A DNA stretch of 64,000 bases from an uncultured Acidobacteriota bacterium (GCA_963700145.1 OY969474.1:3520001-3584000), one strand, 5' to 3'. Shown: positions 1 to 9,881, counted from the first letter of the stretch. The notes: generated by a model not told the origin, from the sequence alone. Program-made: numbers and translations.

Positions 1-245
1 ACTACGTGCCGCTGCAGGTGGACGTGCGCCCCGGCGACCGCGTGCTCACCGCCGGCATCGACGGCGTCTACCCGCGCGGCATCCCGGTGGGGACGGTGGT
101 CGCCGTCGAGGCCGGCGGCCAGCTCTTCCACCAGATCCGCGTCGCCCCGGCGGTGGACTTGGGGAGCCTCGACCGGGTCTACCTCCTCGAGCACGAGCCG
201 CTCCCGCCCGACCTCAAGGAGACGCAGCCGGGTGCGCGCCCTTAA
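1..245 (+). CDS. mreC: Rod shape-determining protein MreC, C-terminal part (5'-truncated by window edge)
   Basis: GDRVLTAGIDGVYPRGIPVGTV...V.PAVDL matches the MreC C-terminal signature; lies directly upstream of mreD-mrdA-rodA. Confidence 0.9.
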   Translation, partial: YVPLQVDVRPGDRVLTAGIDGVYPRGIPVGTVVAVEAGGQLFHQIRVAPAVDLGSLDRVYLLEHEPLPPDLKETQPGARP

Positions 246-741
246 GCTCGGCGCCGCGCTCGGCGTGGCCCTCCTCGTCCACTTGGTCGGCTCGCGCCTC
301 TGGGCCGACTTCCCGCGCCTGGTGGACCTCTTCGTCGTCGTCGTCGTCCTCCACGCCCTCGACGGCGAGACGCTGCCGGGGATGTTCGGCGGGCTCGCCG
401 CCGGCCTCCTCCACGACGCGCTGTCGGGCGGCCTCTACGGCCTCTACGGCTTTGCCGACACCCTCGTCGGCTACGGCACGGCGCGCATCGCCCAGCGGCT
501 GGTCATCCAGCGCTCGACCGGCGTCTTCGGCGTCGCCGCCTTCGCCGCCGCGGTGCAGCAGGCGGTGCTCGTCCTGCTGGCCTTCCTCTTGCGGACCGAC
601 CCCGGGCTGCCCCAGCCCGGCGGGGTGGCGGTGCGCGCGCTCATCTGCGGCGCCGCCGGCATGGCCGCGCACCTCGCGATCCGCAGCTGGCACCGCGGCG
701 TCGAGAGCCGCCGCAGCGGCCGGATGCGCCGCCTGCGCTGA
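232..741 (+). CDS. mreD: Rod shape-determining protein MreD
   Basis: 169-aa hydrophobic protein with G..AGLLHDALSGG..G motif, between mreC and PBP2. Confidence 0.85.
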   Translation: MRALKLGAALGVALLVHLVGSRLWADFPRLVDLFVVVVVLHALDGETLPGMFGGLAAGLLHDALSGGLYGLYGFADTLVGYGTARIAQRLVIQRSTGVFGVAAFAAAVQQAVLVLLAFLLRTDPGLPQPGGVAVRALICGAAGMAAHLAIRSWHRGVESRRSGRMRRLR

Positions 742-765
742 TAGAGGTGGGTTCGATCGAGCGTG

Positions 766-804
766 CTCCCTCCACCGCGTAGCGGGGGAGGGCCGGGGAG
801 GGGG
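766..804. repeat. GC-rich REP-like hairpin (CCCTCC..CCGC-GTA-GCGG..GGAGGG followed by CCGGGGAGGGGG)
   Basis: Intergenic stem-loop with a G-rich tail, resembling a widespread class of REP-like palindromes; single copy in the window. Confidence 0.5.
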
Positions 805-889
805 TATCGAAGTCAATGCAGTAAAGGTGGCCCGAGGCGAGGTACTTCGCAAGCCCAGCCGCTCACAAGTGGCGTAAACTCTTCCTGCT

Positions 890-2692
890 ATGAAGGTTGT
901 TCGGGAGCACAGGGCGGATCTCGTCGGGCGCGTCGGGATCATGTCGACGGTCGTCTCCGCCCTCCTCGTGGCGATCGCCGTCGGCTTCTGGTTCGTCCAG
1001 ATCGTCCACGGCGAGTACTACCGCGAGCTGGCCGAGAACAACCGCCTGCGCAAGCTCCCGATCGAGGCCCCGCGCGGCCTGATCCACGACCGCAACGGGC
1101 GTCTGCTGGTCGAGAACATCCCGAGCTACAACCTGCTGATCGACCGGAGCCGCACCAAGGACCTCGGGCGCAGCCTGCGCTTCGCCGCCGAGGTGCTGCG
1201 CCGGCCGCTGCCCGAGCTCCAGGCGCTCGTCGACGGCTACCGCGCGATCCCCGAGTTCAGGCCCGTGCTCCTCGCCGAGAGCCTCACCCTCTCCGAGGTG
1301 GCGCGGATCGGCGTCGCCGGGCTCGAGTACCCGGAGCTGGAGGTCGAGGTGCGGCACCTCCGCCTCTACCGCCACGGCGAGCAGACGGCGCACGTCATGG
1401 GCTACCTGGCCGAGGCCACCGAGGCGGAGATCGCGGCGGCCAACGGCGACCTCCAGCCGGGCGACCTGGTGGGGAAGAAGGGGATCGAGGAGGCCTACGA
1501 CACCGAGCTGCGCGGCCGCGACGGCGAGCGTGTGGTGGTCGTCGACAGCCACGGCCGGCCGTTCGAGGAGTTCGGCCACTCGAGGGCGCAGCCGGGCAAG
1601 GACCTCACTCTGACGATCGACCTCGACCTCCAGCAGGAGGCGGTGCGCTGGTTCCAGGGGCCGGAGGGCGTGGGGTCGGTGGTGGCCCTCGACCCGCGCA
1701 ACGGCGAGGTGCTGGCCCTGGTCTCGGCGCCGGCCTACAACCCCAACCTCTTCGCCCGCCGCCTGCGCAAGGGGGAGTGGCAGGCGCTGCTCGACGCGCC
1801 CAACCTGCCGCTCACCAACCGCGCCATCCAGAACACGTTCTCGCCGGGGTCGGTGTTCAAGATCGTGATGCTGACCGCCGGGCTCACCGAGAAGGTGGTC
1901 GACGAGCACAGCCGCGTCTTCTGCCCCGGCGCGACCGTCATCTACGGCCGCCGCTTCCGCTGCTGGCGCCCCGGCGGCCACGGCTGGGTGGACGCGCGGC
2001 GCGCGCTCCAGGTTTCCTGCGACGTCTACTTCTACCACCTGGGCAAGAACCTGGGGATCGAGCGCATCGCCCGCTACGCGCGGATGTTCGGGCTCGAGGT
2101 GCCGACCGGCATCGACCTCTCGGGCGAGAAGCCGGGGCTGGTCCCCGACGCGGCCTGGAGCCTGCGGGCGCGCAAGGCCAAGTGGTACCCGGGCGAGACG
2201 ATCTCGGTCGCCATCGGCCAGGGGCCGATCCTGCTGACGCCGATGCAGATGGCGGTGATGACGGCGATGGCGGCCAACGGCGGCAACCCGGTGACGCCGC
2301 ACCTGGTCAAGGGGGCGCAGCGGCGCACCCGGCCCGACGTGCCGCTCGACCCGCACGCCTTGAAGGTAGTGCGCGAAGGGCTCTGGGCGGTCGTCAACTC
2401 CCCCGGCGGCACCGCCCACTGGTCGGCCTACGTCCCCGGCATCGACATGGCCGGCAAGACCGGCACCGTGCAGGTCGTGGCGCAGAGCGCCCGCACCAAG
2501 TCCGAGAGCCTCCCCTTCCGCTTCCGCGACCACGCCTGGTTCACCAGCTTCGCGCCGGTCGGCGACCCGCGCCTGGTGGTCGTGGTCTTCGGCGAGCACG
2601 GCGGCGGCGGCTCGCGGACGGCGGCCCCCATCGGCAAGGCGGTCCATGAAAAATATTTTGCGCCCGCTCTCCAGCGCGCTGCCGCTCGCTGA
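890..2692 (+). CDS. mrdA: Penicillin-binding protein 2 (class B transpeptidase)
   Basis: N-terminal TM, RG.I.DRNG, catalytic motifs SVFK (SxxK), SCD (SxN-like) and KTG; mre operon context. Confidence 0.95.
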   Translation: MKVVREHRADLVGRVGIMSTVVSALLVAIAVGFWFVQIVHGEYYRELAENNRLRKLPIEAPRGLIHDRNGRLLVENIPSYNLLIDRSRTKDLGRSLRFAAEVLRRPLPELQALVDGYRAIPEFRPVLLAESLTLSEVARIGVAGLEYPELEVEVRHLRLYRHGEQTAHVMGYLAEATEAEIAAANGDLQPGDLVGKKGIEEAYDTELRGRDGERVVVVDSHGRPFEEFGHSRAQPGKDLTLTIDLDLQQEAVRWFQGPEGVGSVVALDPRNGEVLALVSAPAYNPNLFARRLRKGEWQALLDAPNLPLTNRAIQNTFSPGSVFKIVMLTAGLTEKVVDEHSRVFCPGATVIYGRRFRCWRPGGHGWVDARRALQVSCDVYFYHLGKNLGIERIARYARMFGLEVPTGIDLSGEKPGLVPDAAWSLRARKAKWYPGETISVAIGQGPILLTPMQMAVMTAMAANGGNPVTPHLVKGAQRRTRPDVPLDPHALKVVREGLWAVVNSPGGTAHWSAYVPGIDMAGKTGTVQVVAQSARTKSESLPFRFRDHAWFTSFAPVGDPRLVVVVFGEHGGGGSRTAAPIGKAVHEKYFAPALQRAAAR

Positions 2693-3788
2693 GGAGCGGC
2701 CGCCGCTCAAGGCCCTGTCGTCGCTCGACGGCGGCCTGGCGATGGCGACCCTGCTGCTCGCCGCCATCGGCCTCGCCACGGTCCACAGCGCCAGCTCCGA
2801 GCTCGCCCTCGACTACCTGCCGCGGCAGGCGATGTGGGTGGCGGCCGGCCTGGTGCTGATGATCGTGGCGATGTCGATCGACTACCACGTCCTGCTCGAC
2901 TTCTCGCCCGTCTTCTACCTGCTCGGCTTGGCCGGGCTCGTCGCGGTGCTCTTCTTCGGCGTCGAGCGCGGCGGCTCCAAGAGCTGGTTCGAGATCGGGC
3001 CGGGGCAGATCCAGCCCTCGGAGTTCGCGAAGCTCGCGACCGTCCTCTTCCTCGCCCGCTTCCTGGCCGGGCTCAACCGCCGCATCCTCGACCTGCCGCA
3101 GATCGCGGCGGCGATCGGCATCGTCCTGGTGCCGATGGCGTTGGTCGTCGTCGAGCCCGATATGGGAGGCGCGGCGCTCTTCGTGCCGCTGGTGGCCGGG
3201 ATGCTGCTCATCGCGGGCGTGCGGGTGCGGCTGCTGGCGGCGGGGGCGCTCCTCGTGCTGGTCCTCGGGGCCGGCATCTGGAGCTTCGGCATGCAGCCCT
3301 ACCAGCGGCAGCGCGTCGTGACCTTCCTGCAGCCGGAAAGCGACCCGCTGGGCGCCGGCTACCAAGTGCGGCAGAGCAAGATCGCCGTGGGCTCCGGCCA
3401 GCTCACGGGCAAGGGCTACCGGCAGGGGAGCCAGAGCCAGCTCCGCTTCCTGCCGGCCCGCCACACCGACTTCATCCTCGCCGTCCTCGCCGAGGAGTGG
3501 GGGTTCATCGGCGTCGCCACCGTCCTCGGCCTCTACGGCCTCTACATCGTCAGCGCCGCCCGAGTCGCCCAACGCGCCCGCGACCGCCCCGGAATCCTCC
3601 TCGTCGTGGGGCTCCTGTCAGTCTTCTGCTTCCACGTCCTCTACAACAGCGCCATGGCGGTGGGGTTCCTGCCGATCACCGGGATCCCCTTGCCCTTCCT
3701 CTCCTACGGGGGGTCGTTCACGCTGTACAACTTCCTGGCGACTGGGATCATCCTCGGGGTGGATCTGCGGAGGTACGTGAACCGGTAG
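2646..3788 (+). CDS. rodA: Rod shape-determining SEDS glycosyltransferase RodA
   Basis: IQPSEFAK, HTDFI.AVLAEEWG and LPFLSYGGS SEDS motifs; follows mrdA. Confidence 0.95.
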   Translation: MKNILRPLSSALPLAEERPPLKALSSLDGGLAMATLLLAAIGLATVHSASSELALDYLPRQAMWVAAGLVLMIVAMSIDYHVLLDFSPVFYLLGLAGLVAVLFFGVERGGSKSWFEIGPGQIQPSEFAKLATVLFLARFLAGLNRRILDLPQIAAAIGIVLVPMALVVVEPDMGGAALFVPLVAGMLLIAGVRVRLLAAGALLVLVLGAGIWSFGMQPYQRQRVVTFLQPESDPLGAGYQVRQSKIAVGSGQLTGKGYRQGSQSQLRFLPARHTDFILAVLAEEWGFIGVATVLGLYGLYIVSAARVAQRARDRPGILLVVGLLSVFCFHVLYNSAMAVGFLPITGIPLPFLSYGGSFTLYNFLATGIILGVDLRRYVNR

Positions 3789-3801
3789 GCGGCCTCTGCT
3801 G

Positions 3802-4191
3802 TCACGCTACGGCCGTTACATCCGTCCGCGCGAAGTCATCGCCCTTGAACAGGAGGGGCTCCCCCGAGGAGTGTGCCAGGGCGTAGCTGCAGCAGTCCCC
3901 CAAGTTGAGAGCGGCGGGATGATGCCCTTTGCCATACCTCTCATAGGCCGCGCGGGCGCCTAGAACCTGCTCCGCGTCGAGGCTCACGATCGTCACGCCG
4001 GCGGCGTGGAGGAGCAGATCCAGCTCGCGAACCCCCGCCGGCCCCTTGCGCGCGTGGATCACGATCGCCGTCTCGAGCGCCGAGACCGAACTCGCCAACC
4101 GGCGTGGGTCCAGTGCGACGAGGCGGGCGAAGCGATCGGCCTCCGGCTCCCCTAGCAGGATGGCGAGCAGCGCGGACGAGTCGATGACCAT
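3802..4191 (-). CDS. vapC: VapC PIN-domain toxin
   Basis: MVIDSSALLAIL..E, LNLGDCCSYA and LLFKGDDF PIN motifs. Confidence 0.92.
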   Translation of the reverse strand: MVIDSSALLAILLGEPEADRFARLVALDPRRLASSVSALETAIVIHARKGPAGVRELDLLLHAAGVTIVSLDAEQVLGARAAYERYGKGHHPAALNLGDCCSYALAHSSGEPLLFKGDDFARTDVTAVA

Positions 4192-4445
4192 CAGCGGAAG
4201 GCGCCGATCTCGTCGTAGCCGAGGATCTCCTCGGCGCCGCGGCGGTCGAGGTCGGGCAGAGAGCTGCAGCGGCGACTGATCGCCATCAGGGTCTCGACGA
4301 GATCCGGGGCGGACCGGCGGCCCTTGAGCCGTTCGAGACGCTCTTCCAAGGCATGGGTGATCGCCTCCGTCAGGCCCTCCCCCGTTTCCGCCGCCACCTC
4401 CCGCGCCAAGCGCTCGGCCGTCTCGTTCTTGATGCTCAGAGCCAT
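4191..4445 (-). CDS. vapB: VapB antitoxin (MALSIKN-type, RHH)
   Basis: MALSIKN...LAREVA..TGE.LTEAI..AL.ERL, ending ILGYDE.G; overlaps the vapC start. Confidence 0.88.
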   Translation of the reverse strand: MALSIKNETAERLAREVAAETGEGLTEAITHALEERLERLKGRRSAPDLVETLMAISRRCSSLPDLDRRGAEEILGYDEIGAFR

Positions 4446-4541
4446 GGGTGCCGCCTCGCAGGGTATAGAATTATGGGGTCATTCTAGAATGGATGGGCGG
4501 TGGGGCAACCCTCTGCACCGACAAGAGCTGAGGAACCTCGC

Positions 4542-4793
4542 GTGACGAAGAAGTACTCCATGGCCGAAGCCCGAGCCAATTTCTCCGGTCTGGTCCACGA
4601 AGTGGAGGGTGGGGGTCGCGCCGAGCTGACGCGGCGGGGCAGGCCCGTGGCGGTGCTCATGGGAATCGAGGCCTACGAACGGCTGGTCGAAGGCCGGCAC
4701 GACTTCTGGGAGGCCTACGAGGAGTTCCGGAGCCGGTTCGACCTCGCCGAGCTCGCGATCGATCCGGAGGAGATCTTCGGCGGCCACGTGTAG
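4542..4793 (+). CDS. Phd/YefM-family antitoxin with no adjacent cognate toxin
   Basis: YSMAEARANFS.LV..V...ELTRRGRPVAVL motif; GTG start at 4542 with GAGGA RBS. Confidence 0.85.
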   Translation: MTKKYSMAEARANFSGLVHEVEGGGRAELTRRGRPVAVLMGIEAYERLVEGRHDFWEAYEEFRSRFDLAELAIDPEEIFGGHV

Positions 4794-4805
4794 CATGCCC
4801 CCTTC

Positions 4806-6305
4806 ATGATCAACAAGATGCTCATCGAGAGCGACCCGCACCAGACGCGGATCGCGGTGCTCGAGAGCGACCGGCTGACGGAGGCCTTCGTCGAGCGGCA
4901 CCGGCACCGGGGCTGCGTCGGCAACATCTACAAGGGGCGGGTGACGCGCGTCCTGCCCGGGATGCAGGCGGCGTTCGTGGACATCGGGCTCGAGCGCGAC
5001 GCGTTCCTCTACGTCAGCGACGTGGCGCCCGACCTCGACGCGCTGGAGGACATGGAGAGCGAGGAGCCGGCCGACGAGCCGCCGGCGCAGCACCACCACG
5101 CCACGCCGTCGATCGACGACCTGCTCAAGCCCGGCCAGGAGATCATCGTCCAGGTCATCAAGGACCCGTTGCCGGGCAAGGGCGCGCGGATCTCGACCCA
5201 CGTCACCCTCCCCGGCCGCTACCTCGTTCTCCTCCCCACCGTCCGCCACTTCGGGGTCTCCCGCCGCATCGAGGAGGAGCCCGAGCGCGAGCGGCTCCTC
5301 GCCCTCCTCGCCGAGCTACCGCTCGCCGCCGGCGGGCTCATCGTGCGCACCGTCGGCGAGGGGCGCGGCAAGGACGAGTTCGCGACCGACCTCGAGTACC
5401 TCGTCCGCCTCTGGGAGAAGGTGCGGCAGCGCGCCGGCAAGGTGTCGGCGCCGACCCTGCTGCACCAGGACGTGGACCTGGCGCTGCGCGTCGTGCGCGA
5501 CCTGCTCAACCAGGAGTACGCCGTGCTCTGGGTGGACGGCGAGGACACCTACGCGCGCATCGTCGAGTTCCTCGACCTGGTGCAGCCGGCGCTGGTGGGG
5601 AAGGTCAAGCTCTTCCGCCAGGAGGCGACGCTCTTCGAGCAGTTCGGCATCGAGGAGCAGATCGAGGCGGCGCTCAAGAGCAAGGTGTGGCTCAAGTCCG
5701 GGGGCTACATCGTCATCAACCCGACCGAGGCGCTGGTGGCGATCGACGTCAACACCGGCCGCTTCGTCGGCCAGCGCACGCTCGAGGACACGGTCCTCCA
5801 GACCAACCTCGAGGCGGTGCAGGAGATCGTGCGCCAGATCCGGCTGCGCGACCTCGGCGGGATCGTCGTCATCGACTTCATCGACATGATCGAGAAGGAG
5901 CACCGCGAGGAGGTCTTCGCCGCGCTCGGCGCCGAGCTCAAGAAGGACCGCGCCAAGAACAAGGTGCTCAACATCTCGGAGTTCGGCCTGGTCGAGATCA
6001 CCAGGAAGCGCAGCCGCGCCAACCTCGAGCGGCTGCTGACCCAGCCATGCCCCTACTGCGGCGGCCGCGGGCGGGTGAAGTCGACGACGACGATCTGTTT
6101 GAACCTCCGCAAGCAGCTCCTGCGGCAGGGCCGGCGCGCCGGCCAGGCGGAGCTGCTGCTGCGCGTCCACCCCGAGATCGCGCGCGCCCTGCAGGAGGAG
6201 GAGCGGGCGATCCTCGCCGAGATCGAGCGCTCGCTCGGGGTCAACATCCTGCTCCAGAGCGACCCCGCGCTCCACCACGAGCGGTTCGACGTCGTCGAGG
6301 TCTAG
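4806..6305 (+). CDS. rng: Ribonuclease G (Rne/Rng family)
   Basis: GNIYKGRVTRVLPGMQAAFVDIG S1 domain, IDVNTG, LRDLGGIVVIDFIDM and CPYCGG Zn-link. Confidence 0.95.
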   Translation: MINKMLIESDPHQTRIAVLESDRLTEAFVERHRHRGCVGNIYKGRVTRVLPGMQAAFVDIGLERDAFLYVSDVAPDLDALEDMESEEPADEPPAQHHHATPSIDDLLKPGQEIIVQVIKDPLPGKGARISTHVTLPGRYLVLLPTVRHFGVSRRIEEEPERERLLALLAELPLAAGGLIVRTVGEGRGKDEFATDLEYLVRLWEKVRQRAGKVSAPTLLHQDVDLALRVVRDLLNQEYAVLWVDGEDTYARIVEFLDLVQPALVGKVKLFRQEATLFEQFGIEEQIEAALKSKVWLKSGGYIVINPTEALVAIDVNTGRFVGQRTLEDTVLQTNLEAVQEIVRQIRLRDLGGIVVIDFIDMIEKEHREEVFAALGAELKKDRAKNKVLNISEFGLVEITRKRSRANLERLLTQPCPYCGGRGRVKSTTTICLNLRKQLLRQGRRAGQAELLLRVHPEIARALQEEERAILAEIERSLGVNILLQSDPALHHERFDVVEV

Positions 6306-6312
6306 CGGGCGC

Positions 6313-8445
6313 GTGAGCGACCCGCGCGAAGTCGAGCCCTTCGAGGTCGAAGGCTTCCGCGGCGAGGTCGAGCCGCGCTTCCGCCCGCCGGACCTCGCCG
6401 CCGCGGTCCGCCGCCTGACCGACCCCGGCGCCGCCGACAAGACCCTGCACTGGGGACGCAACTACATCTACCGCACGACGCTCGACACGGTTGAGGGCCC
6501 CGTGCCGGTGGCGGTCAAGCAGTTCCGCGGCGGCGACGCGCGCGAGCGCTTCCGCCGCCGGCGCGGCGAGGGGAAGGCGGCGCGGAGCTGGCGGGCGGCG
6601 CGGGGGATGGCGGCGGCCGGGGTGCCGACGCCCGAGCCGGTGATGCTGCTGGAGTCGCTCGACGCGGGCGGGCCGTCGTTTTACGTCTGCCGGGCGATCG
6701 AGGGGGCGATCGAGGCGCGCTACCTGCTGCGGGCGGCGAACGCCGGCGAGGAGCGCGAGCGGTTTCCGGAGGTGGACTTCGCGGGGTTTCTGGAAGAGCT
6801 GGGTAGGGAGATCAGACGGCTGCACGACGCGGGCTTCTGGCACCGGGACGTCTCGGCCGGGAACGTGTTGTTGCGGCCGCGCGGCGCGGGGCAGCCGCCC
6901 GAGCTGTGGCTGCTCGATCTGAACCGCACGCGGCGGCGTGGTCGCCTGAGCGTCGCGCAGCGCAGCCGCGACCTCTCGCGCCTGCCGCTCCGCCGGCCGG
7001 AGCACCGCGCGCTGCTCCTCGAGTCGTACTGGGGGGCTGCGCCGGGGGCGGCCGCGCGCGGCGCTTACCTCGCCCATCACCTCGGGTTCCGCTGGAAGAA
7101 CCAGGCGAAGGACCGGCTGCGGGGCGTGAGCCGCCGCGTGAAAGCCCTGCTCGTGCCGCGCGGGACCCACGCCCACATCCCGCCGCCGCCGGCCGCGGCC
7201 GCGGTGCGGGACCGCGTCGTCTGGGACCACCTCTCCGACCAGCCGCACCAGCACGCCGGCCGGCTCGCCAAGCTCGGCGTGCGCTTGGCCGACGCGCGCG
7301 CCCACCTCGAAGAGGGTGCGGTCGTGACCGCGGCGCTGCCGCGGATCGGCCGGCGTTACCGGACGCTCGTCCGCGAGCTCTACGCGCGGCCGGTCGCGTG
7401 GGGCGGCGTCGGCGTCGCCCTCCGCCCCTGGCCGGAGGACCCCGACGGGCTGCTCGCCGCGGTCGAGGAGCTGGGCGTGCGGCATCTGATGCTGCGCCTC
7501 CATCCCTGGCAGGACGACCACACCGCCGAGGAGGCGCTGGCGCGCGAGCTGGCGACGCGCGGGCACGAGCTGGCCTTCGCGCTGCCGCAGAACCGCGAGC
7601 TGGTGCGCGACCCGGCGCGCTGGCGCGCCGCGGTCGAGGAGCTGGCGGCGCGCTTCACCCCCTACGGCCGCCACTTCCAGGTGGGGCAGGCGATCAACCG
7701 CAGCAAGTGGGGGATCTGGAGCCTGGGCGAGTACGTGGAGCTGGCGGTGGCAGCGGGCGAGGCGCTGCGCCGCTACCCCGGCGTCGAGGTGCTGGGGCCG
7801 GCGGTCATCGACTTCGAGTACCACGTCGCCGCGGCGGCGCTCAACCTCCACCGCCCCGGCCTCCGCTTCGACGCCGTCTCCGCGCTCCTCTACGTTGATC
7901 GCCGCGGCGCCCCCGAGAACGCGCAGGCCGGCTTCGACACGCCGCGCAAGCTCGCGCTGCTCAAGGCCATCGCCGACACCTCGCGCAACGGCGCGCCGCG
8001 CTGCTGGATCACGGAAGTGAACTGGCCGCTGCGCGAGGGCCCGCACGCGCCGGCCGGGCGCGGCGTGGCGGTCGACGAGGAGACGCAGGCCGACTACCTG
8101 GCGCGCTACTACCTCCTGGCCCTGGCGAGCGGCATGGTCGAGCGCGTCTACTGGTGGCAGCTCGTGGCGAAGGGGTACGGCCTCATCGACCCGACGGGGC
8201 TGCGCCGCCGCCCCGCCTTCCACGCCTTGGCGACCCTTGCCCGCACGCTCGAAGGCTGCCGCTTCGAGCGCCGCCTCCCCGGCCCGCCGGGAGCCTGGCT
8301 GCTGCTCTTCTCGAAGCCGGACGGCGGCGAGCTGGTCGCCGCCTGGAGCGCGGCGGGGAGGCTTGAGGTGGACCTCCCGCGTGCGTCCAGGATGTCCGTA
8401 CTCCTCGGCCCCTCGCCGACCTACTACCTCCTGGATCGCGAATAG
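6313..8445 (+). CDS. Fusion of an LPS-kinase (Kdo/WaaP/InaA)-like domain and a clan-A-like glycoside hydrolase TIM barrel
   Basis: VAVKQF, HRDVSAGNVLL and LLDLN kinase motifs at the N-terminus; WITEVNWP, EETQADYL.RYYL and VERVYWWQL GH39/GH5-like features at the C-terminus. Confidence 0.7.
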   Translation: MSDPREVEPFEVEGFRGEVEPRFRPPDLAAAVRRLTDPGAADKTLHWGRNYIYRTTLDTVEGPVPVAVKQFRGGDARERFRRRRGEGKAARSWRAARGMAAAGVPTPEPVMLLESLDAGGPSFYVCRAIEGAIEARYLLRAANAGEERERFPEVDFAGFLEELGREIRRLHDAGFWHRDVSAGNVLLRPRGAGQPPELWLLDLNRTRRRGRLSVAQRSRDLSRLPLRRPEHRALLLESYWGAAPGAAARGAYLAHHLGFRWKNQAKDRLRGVSRRVKALLVPRGTHAHIPPPPAAAAVRDRVVWDHLSDQPHQHAGRLAKLGVRLADARAHLEEGAVVTAALPRIGRRYRTLVRELYARPVAWGGVGVALRPWPEDPDGLLAAVEELGVRHLMLRLHPWQDDHTAEEALARELATRGHELAFALPQNRELVRDPARWRAAVEELAARFTPYGRHFQVGQAINRSKWGIWSLGEYVELAVAAGEALRRYPGVEVLGPAVIDFEYHVAAAALNLHRPGLRFDAVSALLYVDRRGAPENAQAGFDTPRKLALLKAIADTSRNGAPRCWITEVNWPLREGPHAPAGRGVAVDEETQADYLARYYLLALASGMVERVYWWQLVAKGYGLIDPTGLRRRPAFHALATLARTLEGCRFERRLPGPPGAWLLLFSKPDGGELVAAWSAAGRLEVDLPRASRMSVLLGPSPTYYLLDRE

Positions 8446-8450
8446 CCCCT

Positions 8451-8538
8451 TGTCATCCTGAGCGCAGCGAAGGATCTGGGGGCGGGTCTTTTTCGCGCCA
8501 CTCGCCCGCCCAGATCCTTCGCTCCCGCTCAGGATGAC
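8451..8538. repeat. REP/REPIN-like palindromic element, copy 1
   Basis: TGTCATCCTGAGCGCAGCGAAGGATCTGGG...CCCAGATCCTTCGCTCCCGCTCAGGATGAC long inverted repeat; related copies at 17918 and 41116. Confidence 0.85.
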
Positions 8539-8570
8539 GTGCGGCGCCGTCCGTATACTTCTCCGCTCCT

Positions 8571-9866
8571 ATGCGCCGTTCGTCACTCGTCTTCTCTCCC
8601 CTAGCCCTCTTCCTGGCCCTGTCCGCGCCGGCATTCGCCCAGCCCCCCTCCCGCCGCACCCCCGTCGTCGAAGTCGTCGAGCGCGTCGGCCCGGCCGTCG
8701 TCAACATCGCCGCCGAGGCGATCGTTCGCGATGTCGACCCCTTCTTCGGCCTTTTCTTCGGCCCGCGCAGCCGCCGCGCCCAGTCGCTCGGCTCGGGGCT
8801 GATCGTCGAGCCCTCCGGGATCGTCGTCACCAACGCGCACGTCATCGAGGGGGCGTCGCGGATCGTGGTGACGACCCGCGACGGGCGCGAGCTGGAGGCC
8901 GAGGTGCTGGGCTCCGACCGCGAGTCCGACCTGGCCGTCCTCAAGGTCGAAGGGCGCGGGCTCCCCGCCGTGCCGCTCGGCAGCAGCGCCGATCTCCTGA
9001 TCGGCGAGACGGTCATCGCCATCGGCAACCCCTTCGGGCTCTCGCACACCGTCACCGCCGGGGTGCTGTCGGCGCGCGGCCGCACCGTCCCCTCCGAGCG
9101 CGGCGAGCGGCTCTTCACCGACTTCCTGCAGACCGACGCCTCGATCAACCCCGGCAACTCCGGCGGCCCGCTGGTCAACGTCCTGGGCGAGGTGATCGGC
9201 GTCAACACCGCCATCGTCTCCGGCGCCTCCGGCATCGGCTTCGCGATCCCCGCCGACCGCGCCAAGCGCGTCGTCGACGAGCTCCTCCGCTTCGGCGCCC
9301 TGCAGCCCCTCTGGACCGGCCTGCGCCTCCTCACCGTCGATCCCGAGCTGGCGCGCCGCTACGAGCTGCCCGTCACCCGCGGCGCACTCGTCTACCGCGT
9401 CTGGCCGGGCTCTCCGGCCGCCGCCGCCGGCCTGCGCGAGGAAGACGTCATCACCGCCGCCGCCGGCCGCCCGGTAGCCGCCCGCGAGGACGTGACCACC
9501 GCCATCTCCACAGTGCCGGCCGGCACGCCGGTGCGACTGACGGTGCGTCGCGGCAGCCAGACGTTGGATCTCTCCCTCCGCGCCGAGCGCCCGCCGCAAG
9601 GGCTCGGCCTCGAAGTCCTCGAGCGGAGCCTCGGCCTGCAAGTCGCCGCCGCCGGCCAGGGCTTGGCGATCGAGCAGGTCGCTCCCGGCTCCGCGGCCGC
9701 CGAGCGCGGCCTCCGCCGCGGCGACGTCGTCCTCGCCGCGAACGGCCAGCGCGTCAGCAGCGCCGAGGAGCTGGGCCGCGAAGTCCTCCGCGCCCTGGAC
9801 CGCGGCGGGCTGCTGCTGGCCGTGCAGCGCGGGCGGTACGTCTACAATTTGGACCTTCCGCTTTAG
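8571..9866 (+). CDS. HtrA/DegP-family serine protease with two PDZ domains
   Basis: Signal peptide; TNAHV, DLAV and INPGNSGGPL catalytic-triad motifs; two PDZ-like C-terminal repeats. Confidence 0.93.
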   Translation: MRRSSLVFSPLALFLALSAPAFAQPPSRRTPVVEVVERVGPAVVNIAAEAIVRDVDPFFGLFFGPRSRRAQSLGSGLIVEPSGIVVTNAHVIEGASRIVVTTRDGRELEAEVLGSDRESDLAVLKVEGRGLPAVPLGSSADLLIGETVIAIGNPFGLSHTVTAGVLSARGRTVPSERGERLFTDFLQTDASINPGNSGGPLVNVLGEVIGVNTAIVSGASGIGFAIPADRAKRVVDELLRFGALQPLWTGLRLLTVDPELARRYELPVTRGALVYRVWPGSPAAAAGLREEDVITAAAGRPVAAREDVTTAISTVPAGTPVRLTVRRGSQTLDLSLRAERPPQGLGLEVLERSLGLQVAAAGQGLAIEQVAPGSAAAERGLRRGDVVLAANGQRVSSAEELGREVLRALDRGGLLLAVQRGRYVYNLDLPL

Positions 9867-9881
9867 ACTCCATTGCAGCCC

